Position numbers and translations under genes: made by a program. The notes under the pieces are model-generated. The model ran no database searches. It saw only the letters and a program-made list of their open reading frames with translations, and was not told the origin of the DNA. Below are positions 47,151-59,468 of a DNA stretch of 64,000 bases, one piece after another (positions within the stretch are counted from its first letter, which is position 1; each line of letters begins with the position of its first letter). The stretch covers positions 4,712,001-4,776,000 of the forward strand of contig NC_081331.1 of the NCBI RefSeq assembly GCF_022539665.2, given 5' to 3'. The stretch comes from Daphnia carinata (Eukaryota).

Positions 47151-47948
47151 TTCGATACGTCGTTTTCTTATGGTTTTCATTTAAGATGTTAGGATATCTC
47201 TAATTCTAGTCAACAGATGGCCAGCTCAGATGCCAGCTCCGCCCACAAAAAGGCGGAAATTGGGACCACAAGTCGCAACAAACCCTTGTAGTATCTACAC
47301 ACAGTGTAGAGCAACCAGGTTTCTATGACTCTGGTATTAGTAATGGTGGGACAACTCTCCATTTTAAGGCCTATCTCGAATGAAGCCTGTTTTCAGGGAG
47401 GTAGGTGGGTGTGGCCTAATTGAGGAGACTTATAGCCAACGCCACCATCGGAACTACTTAGGAACTTCGCCAACCACTGAATGGCAAAGGAGGAGATATA
47501 CTAGCGTTGCGGTAAAATCTAGTGGATAGAACACTGGATTGAAGTACGGGAGTCTCGAGTTCGAACCCAGTAATGATCTTTCTTTTTTCTCCTTTCCTAA
47601 CGTAAAATGGCCAAAGTTTTGTTGATTTTTATTTTGTTAAGAAGTGACAAGTATAAACAAGATTTTTTTCCACTTCTTCCACATTCTATACAATACTAAC
47701 ATAAAAATACGATAATATAACTACACAAAGGTTAGAAGTTAATTTTGATATGTAACAGGTAATGGGATAATGGGACAAGTCCCCGTGTTTGGACTTAGAA
47801 AATTTTTCAAGTAGGTGCAGCCTTTATTTATTCAATATCGGCCACTAAGCGTCTCTGACTATAGGTAACCTGGACCACAAATATCCTTCAGCCGAGATAG
47901 GCCGTTATAACGAAGAGTTGTCCCACCATTACTAATACACCATGCTCA

Positions 47949-48187
47949 CATGGCCTACTATAATAACGGCCTGACAGCGCGCAATACCTCCAGCGCCTAA
48001 AACTGCATTGCCAGAGGGGCGTAATACCCCAAACCGAGCTCCACTTTCCACTGTTTGGTAACGAATGCAGAATTGAAATGTGTGGGAAAAACAGTGGAAA
48101 GTGGAACCTAGCGCCGCGCGTGGCCAGCTTACGGTAGGAAAGGGAAAAAAGAAATGACTGAGGCTAGATTCGAACTCGGGTCTCCAG
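47949..48187. mobile_element. Truncated E3-family copy E4; its first three bases are part of the E1 TSD
   Basis: CATGGCCTACTATAATAACGGCC... is colinear with 46166-46405. It breaks inside the tRNA-like cassette and is followed by a TTATAT/AGCTT tandem array at 48188-48243. Confidence 0.82.
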
Positions 48188-48336
48188 CTTATATATAGCT
48201 TGTTATATTGTTATATTGTTATATAGCTTATATATAGCTTGTTCTCTGCCTCGCTAATAAATAATATTACCAAACATTCTCTATTTGCAGCTACTTACAA
48301 AACCACTCTTTCATGTTTGGACCGTGGTGTAGAAGG

Positions 48337-48720
48337 ATGGTGAAACAACTCTCCATTTTAAGGCCTATCTCGAATGAAGCCTCTTTTCAGAGGAGGTGGG
48401 TGTGGCCTAATTGAGGTTAGATATAGCCGACGCCACCATCGGAACTACTTAGAAGTACTGAGGAGATGTACTAGTATCGCGGTAGGAAAATGACTACAAA
48501 TACAGTGAATTAATGGATAGAACACTCGATTACAGTACGGGAGTCTCGAGCTCGAACCCAGTATCAGACTATCTTTTTTCTCCTTTCCTATTGCTATATA
48601 AATTTAATCAATAAGTCAAATACGATAATATAATAAAATAAAAGTTATAACGGTAATTTGATGGCTAAGAAGCAATGGGATAATGGGCAAAATCCTCTTG
48701 TTTAGACTTAGAAAAATTGG
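48337..48720. mobile_element. Truncated E1-family copy with a tRNA-like cassette (~48505-48565, +)
   Basis: Colinear with 47343-47805 (ACAACTCTCCATTTTAAGGCCTATCTCGAATGAAGCC..., GCCACCATCGGAACTACTTAG, ATGGGATAATGGG). Both termini are missing. Confidence 0.8.
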
Positions 48721-49267
48721 CTTTAATTATAATTTATTTATTATAAGAGTTCTTTCACCATCCTTGTACACCATGCTTGAACTTCATCAACAACAACACC
48801 TTGGCAACACTAGATACAAAAAGGAACAACAAAAACTTACGGGTAGCGAATTGGGTCACATATCCCGATGATAAGCTGCCTGCATCCACGAGCCGTCTTT
48901 CAGGCCGTGGGGAGGCTAACGAACAGCCTACGTTCAACGATCACCTTTTCTCTACCTTTCAGCTTGTGGTTCGATCTTCAAGGATACTACAGATCGATTT
49001 TTAGCCTGGCAAGGCTATTTTTGCCATTTTTAGCCTGGCAAGGCTTTTTTTTTGGTGTGCCATTTAGCCCCTTTACAGTAGGCATGGCTCTTCTTTTTTC
49101 TCTTTTATTTTCTCTCTTCTTTTTTTCTTTCTTCCTGTTTTCTCTCTTCTTGTTTTCTTTCTTGAAGGCGTAGAATCTTGCGTCTTGATCTGTTGTAGAA
49201 GCTTGCGTAATCTGATGAATCTTGCGTATCTTGAATGAAGATTTGGAGGGAAAGGGAGGGGGGAAAT

Positions 49268-49646
49268 TGGCGGTGTCGGGACTTGAACCCGGGGCCTTCA
49301 GAATGCGAAGTGAAGGTGGTAACCACTGTGCCAGGACCGCACATCTCAAACAAATTTATTTTTCATCGACCTTCGTTCTAATACCGGAGCTATATAATAT
49401 GTGACTAATAGTGGTGTCGCGCTGTGGTAGGGCGCTGTGGTATAGCACTGAGATCATACGTAAACTGTCCGTGTTCGGTTCTTATAGACGCCAATGCTTC
49501 AAATTTTTTAAAATTATTTTTATAAATGTAAATAAAAAAATAAAATAACCCATTTTATTTATTTTAGAACAGTATTAAATCGAACACATTTTTAAAGCAA
49601 TGACGGGCACTGGTTAAGTGCCCGTCAAAGCCAAACAAGTTACCAG
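49268..49646 (+). mobile_element. Helitron-like element (family of 1-415) with divergent tRNA-like cassettes at 49268-49340 (-) and 49413-49493 (+); left boundary uncertain (possibly ~48998)
   Basis: Homologous to the window start. An AT-rich tract is followed by a perfect 11 bp hairpin TGACGGGCACT-GGTTA-AGTGCCCGTCA (49601-49627) and then ...AAGTTACCAG (compare AAGTTACTAG at 406-415). A duplicated TAGCCT-GGCA-AGGCT hairpin in T-runs at ~49000-49045 could be the 5' end. Confidence 0.5.
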
Positions 49647-50848
49647 AAAAATTTAAATTGGCTATGGAAATAAAACCATCGGATTGCCCCATCATATTTG
49701 TTTAGTTAAGCAATAAAGATATGGTTTTTTCCAAAAATAATTGTCATCGAACTTTCAACGTTATAAAGCCTCAAGAGAATCACAGCGTTTCCCAATGAAC
49801 AGTGTGTTGCTCACCTAGATAACAAAATTGTGTGAGAGGCCTCGGGTTCATCATGTCTCAACAACAAATTGTTCATCATGGTTGAACAAAATAGATTCGT
49901 AATTCCTACGTATATGTTCAAGGAACTCTAACCCAGGTTTTGCAATTGGGTCAAGTGCTTGTCAGAAATTCAGTCGGAGACTTGAGTCTTAAAAAATTCG
50001 GCGTGCGATATGTTTGGCACAGACGTTTGGAGGATCAAATGGAGTTCATGGTGTATCCTAGTCAGTGTTACTTTCTGAAAAGCGTACCGTTCACCATTGT
50101 CCGCTTGGTGGCTTTTATTGAGGAACATTTTACTTTTGAAGTTGCATAGAGGCGCCAAAAGCAACAGCGGTTTGGCCAAAAATCTCAAAATCCCGAGAAA
50201 TCCCCAGAAAATTAAATAGGCCTTGGATAATCCCGGAAACCCTAGGTTTCCATAACTGCACCCTAGATTCCAAAAATTTTCCTTAAATCCCCCTAAATAG
50301 GGTAATATCCCTAGAAGTGGAATGGCTGGACAGCAGACTACACGCGTTAAGCCAATCTAAAAATATGCCTGAAAAAAAAACTGTCCGATGAGCCACGGTT
50401 TAAGGCGCCTCTTGTGGACGCAAAAGTTATTACGAGAAATTGTATCCGCCACAAACTAAATGTTTTTAAACATTTAAAGTACTTATCCAAATGAAAATTT
50501 AACTTAAGAAAATTTATATGTTTGAGTAATATAAAGACGTTATTGTGTATTATTTGCACATAGCAACAACCAATAATGACTATATTACTCAAACATATTA
50601 TTTATACCTTAAAACAAGCAATTATTCTCATTGCTATTAGAATTACATTCATTATAATTGTTGCAGCACAAAATGGAAAGTTAATAGTTAATAGTAATAA
50701 TAATGAAGTTAAGTAAGTAGAATATAACAAAATAATTATTGTATAGTTATATTTCAATGAAATAAAGTTATTAATTTAAAAAATTATATATTTATATGGC
50801 TAGAATTCGTAAAGTTGTATTTAGAAAATTAAGTAGGAATCTGGCTGA

Positions 50849-51409
50849 TAGATGGCGGTAGTTGTAAAAAAGAAAAAAAAGGCCGAAATTTTTTTTGGGG
50901 GGTAAAACGGTTTGCCATAAAAATTTATATTTCATTTTAAGTACATGACTCCGATTCAAAATTGAACCAAATTAACAAAAATAAAGTTTGTTTTTATGTT
51001 GGGCTTTATGGCAATCCGTTGTACCAAAAAAAAAAAATATCGTCCTTTTTTTTTGTTTTACTGCTATCGACCGATAGATGGCGATAGCAGTGAAACCACT
51101 GATATTTATTTTTTTTTTTCGGGGGGAGGGGGTTAAACGGATTGCCATAGATTGCATCAAACTTACCCATTCGGCAACCCAAGTGTGCATGTGGTTTTCT
51201 TTGATAATTATTTTATTTTGCTACTATATTGGGTAAACTGCAATCGTGCCCAATATTTTTGCCTTTGCATTAGGTCAACTCTTAGGTGATCTATACCTGA
51301 TCCTGTGTTTTATATGGCAATCCGTTTTACCCCCCAAAAACAAAAATAAATTCGCCAAAAAAAAAAAAAAATCACACTTTTTTCTTTTTTTCCGACACGT
51401 AGCCATCTA
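50849..51409. repeat. Diverged copy of 40128-40525, bracketed by short inverted ends (TAGATGGC...GGGTAAAACGGTTTGCCATA / TATGGCAATCCGTTTTACCC...GCCATCTA)
   Basis: Direct similarity of 50930-51310 to 40128-40525; inverted termini read directly. Confidence 0.7.
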
Positions 51410-51552
51410 CCGCTCAGACTCGTTATTACTGGAATGTTGGCAATTTCAGTCCACTGCATGCCATTCGCAGTTAGTTGAGTAGTGTGGATGGAGAATAATG
51501 TGTGGCTGGAGAAAAATGTGTTAAAATGGATAAGATAATAAAAGATAAGGAT

Positions 51553-54500
51553 GGTAAGTACAAAGATTATTATATTAGTTTTCAATTATTAATTATTGTT
51601 TTTTAGCTCTAATTATCAACCTGCAGGCTCAATTATTGTTCGTAATCAGTCCATGCAGCGATGGAACTGAACAATTGTGGGACTGTATTTGGGCAAAAAA
51701 TGGGTGTGGTACGGAAACCCAGAAATGGCACGAGTTCAACCTAAAACATGGATTAGGTACTTCCCCGTTCTTTGTCTATCGAAAAAGTATTTTTAATGCT
51801 ATTCTTTGCATTCACAGAATTTTAGCGGGGGATCAAGTCATGTCTGGAAGTGTTACAGGATGGAAGAGTGAGCCTACAGTTGAAAAAAAAAACTGAGAGT
51901 GCATTACCATTAAGGTATGAGGTAAAGTAATAGAGTATGCACATTGTCTAATGAGAAGTACCATCTTGTGTAAATGAATCCTGTATAACAGCAATCCTTT
52001 ATAGTTCTGTCACAGCTAGAAGCCTCAAATAATTCTGCTTCTCTTGCTAAAGAACAACTTGTCCTTTACGTTCAGAGTGTTGGTGAAGCTGGGTACTTAA
52101 ATGGCCCTAAAGATGTTTCACTTTGCTGGCATTGCAGCGAGGAACATCATACATGGACCCTTTAGGTATGAAAGGAATTTTCTTGAAAAAATTTTGAATT
52201 TATGACGAAGCATTTCTCCTCCTTGTTGCCAACCATGTCTAATCTACAAAAAAAAATTTATCCAATAGGAAAGGATTTTCGTATACTGGGAACACAACTA
52301 TCAACAATGCAACATTCTAGGGCTGCTATTTTATCATTCAAGAGCCTTATACAATGATTTTCATCTGCAATTTGTATGGCCTTTCCCTAGCTTCTGCCAG
52401 AAGTTGAATCTATGAGTCATGTAAGTCACATGAGCAACAATTGAGATGCTTAATGGTGTTGTTTTTCTTTTCTCAGTGTAGGTTAATAGTAACATTGGAT
52501 CTGAAAAGATTCTTGGTTGGGGCAAGACACTGAATAAATTGTAATGATTGGATGGATGACATGACATTTCTATACTTCATTCGGATTCCCGAGACGGTAT
52601 TTTATATTTAAAAAATTGAAGTGCATATCTGGGCTCCCTTCCTTTCCGTAGCCCCGTTTCCCCTTGACTCGTAATAAGCCCGTAGGGGGTCATGCCCCTA
52701 CTGTACGGTATATATAAAAACAACATATACCGAGGTTTGGAGGGCTCTGGCCGGAAAGGGGACGTGGATGTCCGCTTAGTCCGATGATGTGTTCACGGAG
52801 GGCTCTGTGGCTACCCACAAATCCGAACTAAAGGTTAATCGCTCCAGTAAAAATGTTCCATATCTTCGGCTCTTCTTCCGGCTTCTCTTAGCCAATCACC
52901 GGGTAATCTCCCCGGTGGGTCAACAAGGCAGTGTCTCCCCCTGCCTGGGTTGACGGCAACTTTTGAAAGGGCTATTTTGCCTTTTTAAAGTTGCAAAAAT
53001 AATTGTAATGTGCAGAGAATTGTCAATAAAATTTTTTTTATAAAATATTTTTTCCAAAATTTGTTTCTTTCATTGTCTGTTTTCGCTGTGTTCACACATT
53101 ACATTTATCACCTTTTTTTTTATTTAGCTTGCTCAGTTCACCTTTATTGTTTTGGCCACCTTTGATGGTAAGCATTGGGACACGTTTAATGTTAAGCATT
53201 GTTTCTATTGGTTTATCGTTTATCTGTAAGCATTCAATTATTATCCAGGGATCGAACCCAGGATGTTCGGCATACCGCGCCGATGCTCTACCAATGAGCC
53301 ATGAATCATATGATGACAAGTTGGCTTTTTTCTAGTCACTTGCGGACTTGAATTTACAATTAGAATAAAACTGAAATGCAATACTGCAAAATTCTTTTCT
53401 ACATTTATTCTGTTTCATTTTTAAACATCTACTGAGGTTCGAACCCAGGGTAACAGATATCGCAGCTAAAGACTATACCACAGAGCTATCGTCATTATGC
53501 AAGCAATAGACAGATAAACATATAGTTGTGAAGGACTGCATAAACATCCTAGACCATAAAAATATGATATGCGATAATAAAAAATTCATATATATACCTC
53601 GTGGCTCAATGTTAGAGCATCGGCGTTGAACGCTGATTGTCTGGGGATCGGTTCCCATACGAGTAAAATAAATTACAAATTCAAAAGTACTTCAGAAAAT
53701 ATCCAAGTATTACACGTTATTCCTTGAATCTTAGTTGAAGAATTCAAAGAGTGTAATAAATAATAATTGAATACTTACAGATAAACGATAAACCAATGGA
53801 AACATTGCTTACCATCAAAGGTGGCCAAAACAATAAAGGTGAACTGAGCAAGCTAAATAAAAAAAAAGGTGATAAATGTAATGTGTGAACACAGCGAAAA
53901 CAGACAATGAAAGAAAGAAATTTTGGAAAAAATATTTTATAAAAAAAATTTTATTGACAATTCTCTGCACATTACAATTATTTTTGCAACTTTAAAAAGG
54001 CAAAATAGCCCTTTCAAAAGTTGCCGTCAACCCAGGCAGGGGGAGACACTGCCTTGTTGACCCACCGGGGAGATTACCCGGTGATTGGCTAAGAGAAGCC
54101 GGAAGAAGAGCCGAAGATATGGAACATTTTTACTGGAGCGATTAACCTTTAGTTCGGATTTGTGGGTAGCCACAGAGCCCTCCGTGAACACATCATCGGA
54201 CTAAGCGGACATCCACGTCCCCTTTCCGGCCAGAGCCCTCCAAACCTCGGTATATGTTGTTTTTATATATACCGTACAGTAGGGGCATGACCCCCTACGG
54301 GCTTATTACGAGTCAAGGGGAAACGGGGCTACGGAAAGGAAGGGAGCCCAGATATGCACTTCAATTTTTTAAATATAAAATACCGTCTCGGGAATCCGAA
54401 TGAAGTATAGAAATGTCATGTCATCCATCCAATCATTACAATTTATTCAGTGTCTTGCCCCAACCAAGAATCTTTTCAGATCCAATTTTACTATTAACCT

Positions 54501-55429
54501 ACACTGAGAAAAGAAAAACAACACCATTAAGCATCTCAATTGTTGCTCATGTGACTTACATGACTCATAGATTCAACTTCTGGCAGAAGCTAGGGAAAGG
54601 CCATACAAATTGCAGATGAAAATCATTGTATAAGGCTCTTGAATGATAAAATAGCAGCCCTAGAATGTTGCATTGTTGATAGTTGTGTTCCCAGTATACG
54701 AAAATCCTTTCCTATTGGATAAATTTTTTTTTGTAGATTAGACATGGTTGGCAAAAAGGAGGAGAAATGCTTCGTCATAAATTCAAAATTTTTTCAAGAA
54801 AATTCCTTTCATACCTAAAGGGTCCATGTATGATGTTCCTCGCTGCAATGCCAGCAAAGTGAAACATCTTTAGGGCCATTTAAGTACCCAGCTTCACCAA
54901 CACTCTGAACGTAAAGGACAAGTTGTTCTTTAGCAAGAGAAGCAGAATTATTTGAGGCTTCTAGCTGTGACAGAACTATAAAGGATTGCTGTTATACAGG
55001 ATTCATTTACACAAGATGGTACTTCTCATTAGACAATGTGCATACTCTATTACTTTACCTCATACCTTAATGGTAATGCACTCTCAGTTTTTTTTTTTTC
55101 AACAGTAGGCTCACTCTTCCATCCTGTAACACTTCCAGACATGACTTGATCCCCCGCTAAAATTCTGTGAATGCAAAGAATAGCATTAAAAATACTTTTT
55201 CGATAGACAAAGAACGGGGAAGTACCTAATCCATGTTTTAGGTTGAACTCGTGCCATTTCTGGGTTTCCGTACCACACCCATTTTTTGCCCAAATACAGT
55301 CCCACAATTGTTCAGTTCCATCGCTGCATGGACTGATTACGAACAATAATTGAGCCTGCAGGTTGATAATTAGAGCTAAAAAACAATAATTAATAATTGA
55401 AAACTAATATAATAATCTTTGTACTTACC
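51553..55429. repeat. Palindrome with ~1.68 kb near-identical arms (51553-53240 / 53760-55429) and a ~520 bp tRNA-like spacer
   Basis: ORF pairs 51636..51896+ / 55050..55346- and 52361..52567- / 54413..54619+; sequence checked at both ends. Confidence 0.96.
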
Positions 55430-56230
55430 TATAAAAATACTTTTTTGATAGACAAACAACCGAAAAAGTACCTAATCCATGTTTGATGTTGAACTCATGC
55501 CATTTCTGGGTTTCCGTACCACACCCATTTTCGCCAGTCTTTATGGCAATATTAATGAAAGCCACACATCCCACTATGAAATGGATGTTGAAAAGCAAAT
55601 ATAAACCTGGTGAGATGGATATCAGGAGAATCAGAATAGATCTCAATCAACTTCAGTTATTCCCTTCCCTATAGTGCTTAGTGACATAGCATAATAGATA
55701 TACTTGCCTCAATTCAGAACCATAGACCAACAAAAAAGAACACAGAAATGTAGCTGTGAAAGCAGATCACTTTAAAACACAGGATCAGGTATAGATCACC
55801 TAAGAGTTGACCTAATGCAAAGGCAAAAATATTGGGCACGATTGCAGTTTACCAAATATAGTAGCAAAATAAAATAATTATCAAAGAAAGACATATGCAC
55901 ACTTGGGTTGCCGAATGGGTAAGTTTGATGCAATCTATGGCAATCCGATTAACCCCCTCCCCCCCCCCCCCCAAAAAAAAAAAATATCAGCCTTTTTTTT
56001 GTTTCACTGCTATCGTCATCTACCGGTCGATAGCAGTAAAACAAAAAAAAAAGGCCGATATTTTTTTTTTGGGTAAAACTGATTGCCATAAAGCCCAACA
56101 TAAAAACAAACTTAATTTTTGTGATTTTGGTTCATTTTTGAATCGGAATCATGTATTTAAAATGAAATCTAAATTTTGGCCAAAAATGAAAAAGTGAGAA
56201 GGCTATAGCCTTCCCACTTTTGTCAAAATC
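52613..56230 (-). repeat. Right arm of the 3.6 kb inverted duplication (reverse complement of 40064-43682)
   Basis: See the left arm. The diagnostic 24 bp indel and the spacer orientation match as an exact reverse complement. Confidence 0.97.
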
Positions 56231-56527
56231 AGCAAAAAATAAAAACTCGTAGAATGCGACAAAAATCACACGAAACATTCAAAATTAAACGCAGATTTCG
56301 ATAAAGTGGTTTGTTTTCTCATCAAATCAACTGTTTTTTAAATAAACGAAAACAAAATGCAAGTAGCGCACATATTTGGGTTTGTTGTTATTTACAATTT
56401 ATTCAATAAATACGAGCCCTGTTGAAAACAAACGAAATATTTGTGATTTTCGTTTAATTCTGAATCAAACTAATGTATTTTTATAGCTATATGTACAAAA
56501 AAGCCTTATCTAAAAATTAAAAGAAAA

Positions 56528-56590
56528 GAAAATTAAGCCCGATAAAATAAGCCCGAAAAAGTCGGGCTTATTTTATCGGGCTTAATTTTC
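56528..56590. repeat. Perfect 29 bp-stem hairpin built from four TAAGCCCGA motifs
   Basis: GAAAATTAAGCCCGATAAAATAAGCCCGA-AAAAG-TCGGGCTTATTTTATCGGGCTTAATTTTC. Confidence 0.95.
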
Positions 56591-56777
56591 GGTATGGCAG
56601 AAATTCAGTTTTGTAGTTTTAACAATAAATTTGACATAACTTAATCTAAAATAAAACGTTGATGCCAGGAAAAATATTTGTTCCTTCGTCAAACCGGCCG
56701 TTTTTGTAATAAATGGAATTAACGCGCTGCTGGCGCGCCAGCACTTATCACCCGTTTTTTCCGTTTATTGAAAAAGC

Positions 56778-57035
56778 TATAAGCCCAACGTAAAAACAAA
56801 CTAGATTTTTGTGATTCTGGTTCAATTTTGAATCGGAATCACGTATTTAAAATGAAATCTAAATTTTGGCCAAAACTGAAAAAGTTAGAAGGCCTTCCCA
56901 CTTTTGTCAAAATCCCTAAAAAAGAAAAACTCTTAAAATCCGATAAAAATCACACGGAACATTCAAAATTAAACCCTGATTTCGTTGGAGTGGTTTGTTT
57001 TTACGTCAAACCAACTGTTTTTGAAATACAGTGAA
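56778..57035 (+). repeat. Diverged direct repeat of ~56090-56350 (subterminal-like repeat unit of the island)
   Basis: AAGCCCAAC..TAAAAACAAAC..GAATCGGAATCA.GTATTTAAAATGAAATCTAAATTTTGGCCAAAA..CCTTCCCACTTTTGTCAAAATC..AACATTCAAAATTAAAC is present in both. Confidence 0.85.
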
Positions 57036-59281
57036 TATTCAACACAACGTTAGCGCCGCGCCAGTATGCACCAGCCTCTCTTCTCCTTAATTCCTCATTC
57101 TAATGGAGCGATCCATATCATTGTGGTATTTCATCGTCAATGAAACCGAAGCCAGTCAAAATTTCCGCTAATTTTTTTTTTTTTCATCATCCGTCTTATT
57201 TACGCAGACAAGGTTGAAACGAAAAAACAACTCTTTTCCTCTTAGTCGAGTCGGCATTCGTTGGATGGTGGAATACTTCTTTCGGTTTATAGAAAAGGCG
57301 GTTTCAGCCAATGCTGTTTCCTACACCGGAAGGAGGACAGTGGGTAACCACATGGGTAGTTGGGTACGTATCACAATTACCCAAGGTAGAGTTCCTCTAT
57401 AGGCTACACACTTGCTATCAAAATAAGAAATGCGCATTCACTCTGGCTAGCACACCTATAAGAAGGTTTCTGGCTGGTGAGAAAGAAAGAAAAAAAAAGG
57501 GAAAAAGAGTTAGCCAGTAGTCTTTCTAACAATATTAGTGTCTCCCTTCATCCGCGACCAATAACAAAGGACCGCCTAGCACAGCACGATTCACGGCACG
57601 GCAGCAGATGCAGAGAACTCCGGCTTGTAGGTGTGTATATTGTAAATATAATGCATCACCGGGAAAGCTTATGTACAAGAAAATACATACAATGCTCTGC
57701 ACTTTGTTAAAGCAGTTAGACTATACTCTATAAGAATAGAAAGGGGGCGTTTTAATGACAACGGGTACCTACGTGCTGTGTGCCACTTTCCCAAAGAAAC
57801 AAAAGGAAAGAAGGGAAAGAAAAAAAGAAATGCGAGAATAAGCCCAATAAATATGAGCCAATGGGGAAACATTGCCGCTGCTTAAAAAGTTAAAGCGATG
57901 GCGCACGATGCGGGGTAGCCAACACAAGGCCGACTGTTGCTACAATTCTTTTTTTTTTTTCTTTCTTGTAAAAGTGCTAAGTTCGTGAGTAATAACCAAG
58001 GTTTTCCTTTTCTTTTTTTGCTTTTCTCACTGGCGATCAATAGTCTCTTTCTCTGCCAATCGCCACATCCGACCATTATAAAGCTCCACAATGAACCACA
58101 ATGTTCACTTCGGAGCTGATTTTTATTTTTTAATGGTATAAAAATAAGATATGGCGGATGCGGTAAGGTCGAATTAGCATAGCGCCCTGTACGAGAATAA
58201 TATTGAACATATTAAAGTTGGATCGATTGTAATACTTGCCAGCTACAAGAGATAGAATATACTCACGAAAATATTTTGGGGTCCGTCTGCGTAGTGAGAA
58301 AAAGCAACACCAATCACGCACCGGATGTGAAATATCTGTGATGACTCTAGGATGTTGAAAAAGAGTTATCGTGCCTCGGTTACGAGGGATTTTGAAGTAC
58401 ACCTTGACCATCTCTTTTGTGATCCATTTTTGTTTTCTTATCGTATTTTTTCAAACGATAAAAGATCGGCCAATAGATAAGTACCGAAGGACCGGAGACG
58501 TCGTGTGCCGTGGGTTTATTGTGATCCGGCCGCTTGTGCACGATTCCGGATTTTCTTTTGTGCTTCCTTTTGACTGCATATTCATAGCCTGTTATGTACA
58601 AACACAGTAGGATGTATAGAATCAACACTCCAACTTGAGCTGGGAATCTTTTTCTCCTTCAGTTCACGAGCGTCTTGTGTTGCGTCAAAACTTGCGCCTT
58701 CCTATTGTCGATCAATTTCGTTTTTTGAAGCTTTTTTTTTTGGTAGTTTAAGAAGAAAAGTAGTAATAAATACCAAATACCAAGATATTTGGTTTCCGGG
58801 TAGGGCGGAATATTTGGCGAGTAAATCTCTACTCAAGGCACTGATGAATACTGGGAATCTCGGTCGCGTTTCACTGGTGTTTTTCTTCATAAATATCACT
58901 TTATTGACACATTATTCCATTTGTTTTTATTTGAGGGCTACGCGAGCTACACACTCACCACACACGCACGTACAAAGCGGCGGCATCAGGGTAGTAGTAC
59001 ACAGCATTTTTCCGATTTTACATACAAACACACTTTTTCGCACAAAAAAAAAAAGTTGATGCTGGGTATATAATAAACACACACACACACACACACGCAC
59101 ACAACCGGCCGCTGATGGGATAATCATGATAATAATATGCTGTAATATGTACTGTATAGTGATGTAATAAAATCGATTATGTAGAGAAAGGAGACACTAA
59201 TGTAAGAGCAAAATGTCACTAAATCCCAAAAGAAAGTTTGTTGTTTTCGATTTTCCAAAACACTTTCACACCCGCAAACAT

Positions 59282-59468
<187 letters not shown>

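Larger units (their letters stand above)
46125..47333. mobile_element. MITE E2 (~70 bp TIR CAGAGTCATAGAAACCTGGTTGCTCTAC..., 7 bp TSD GTATTAG), interrupted by E3
   Basis: The left TIR is 46125-46165 + 46648-46677 and the right TIR is 47263-47333. GTATTAG occurs at 46118-46124 and 47334-47340. Confidence 0.9.
46112..47944. mobile_element. MITE E1 (TIR CATGGTGTATTAGTAATGGTGGGACAACTCT..., 7 bp TSD CTCACAT), P-superfamily-like, interrupted by E2
   Basis: The left TIR is split into 46112-46124 + 47341-47385. The right TIR ...AGAGTTGTCCCACCATTACTAATACACCATG ends at 47944. CTCACAT occurs at 46105-46111 and 47945-47951. There is an internal tRNA-like cassette at ~47510-47575 (+). The superfamily is inferred from CA..TG ends and the 7 bp TSD. 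Confidence 0.88.

Noticed and set aside
46378..48565. Ordinary tRNA-derived SINE insertions
   Set aside because: No tails or individual TSDs, and the cassettes occupy the same position within colinear TIR elements. Not fully excluded without genome-wide data.
49650..50330. Coding-like stretch plus AATCCC-rich repeat (similar to 46010-46090), possibly an older host element of the MITE nest
   Set aside because: No recognisable protein, and termini and TSD could not be established.
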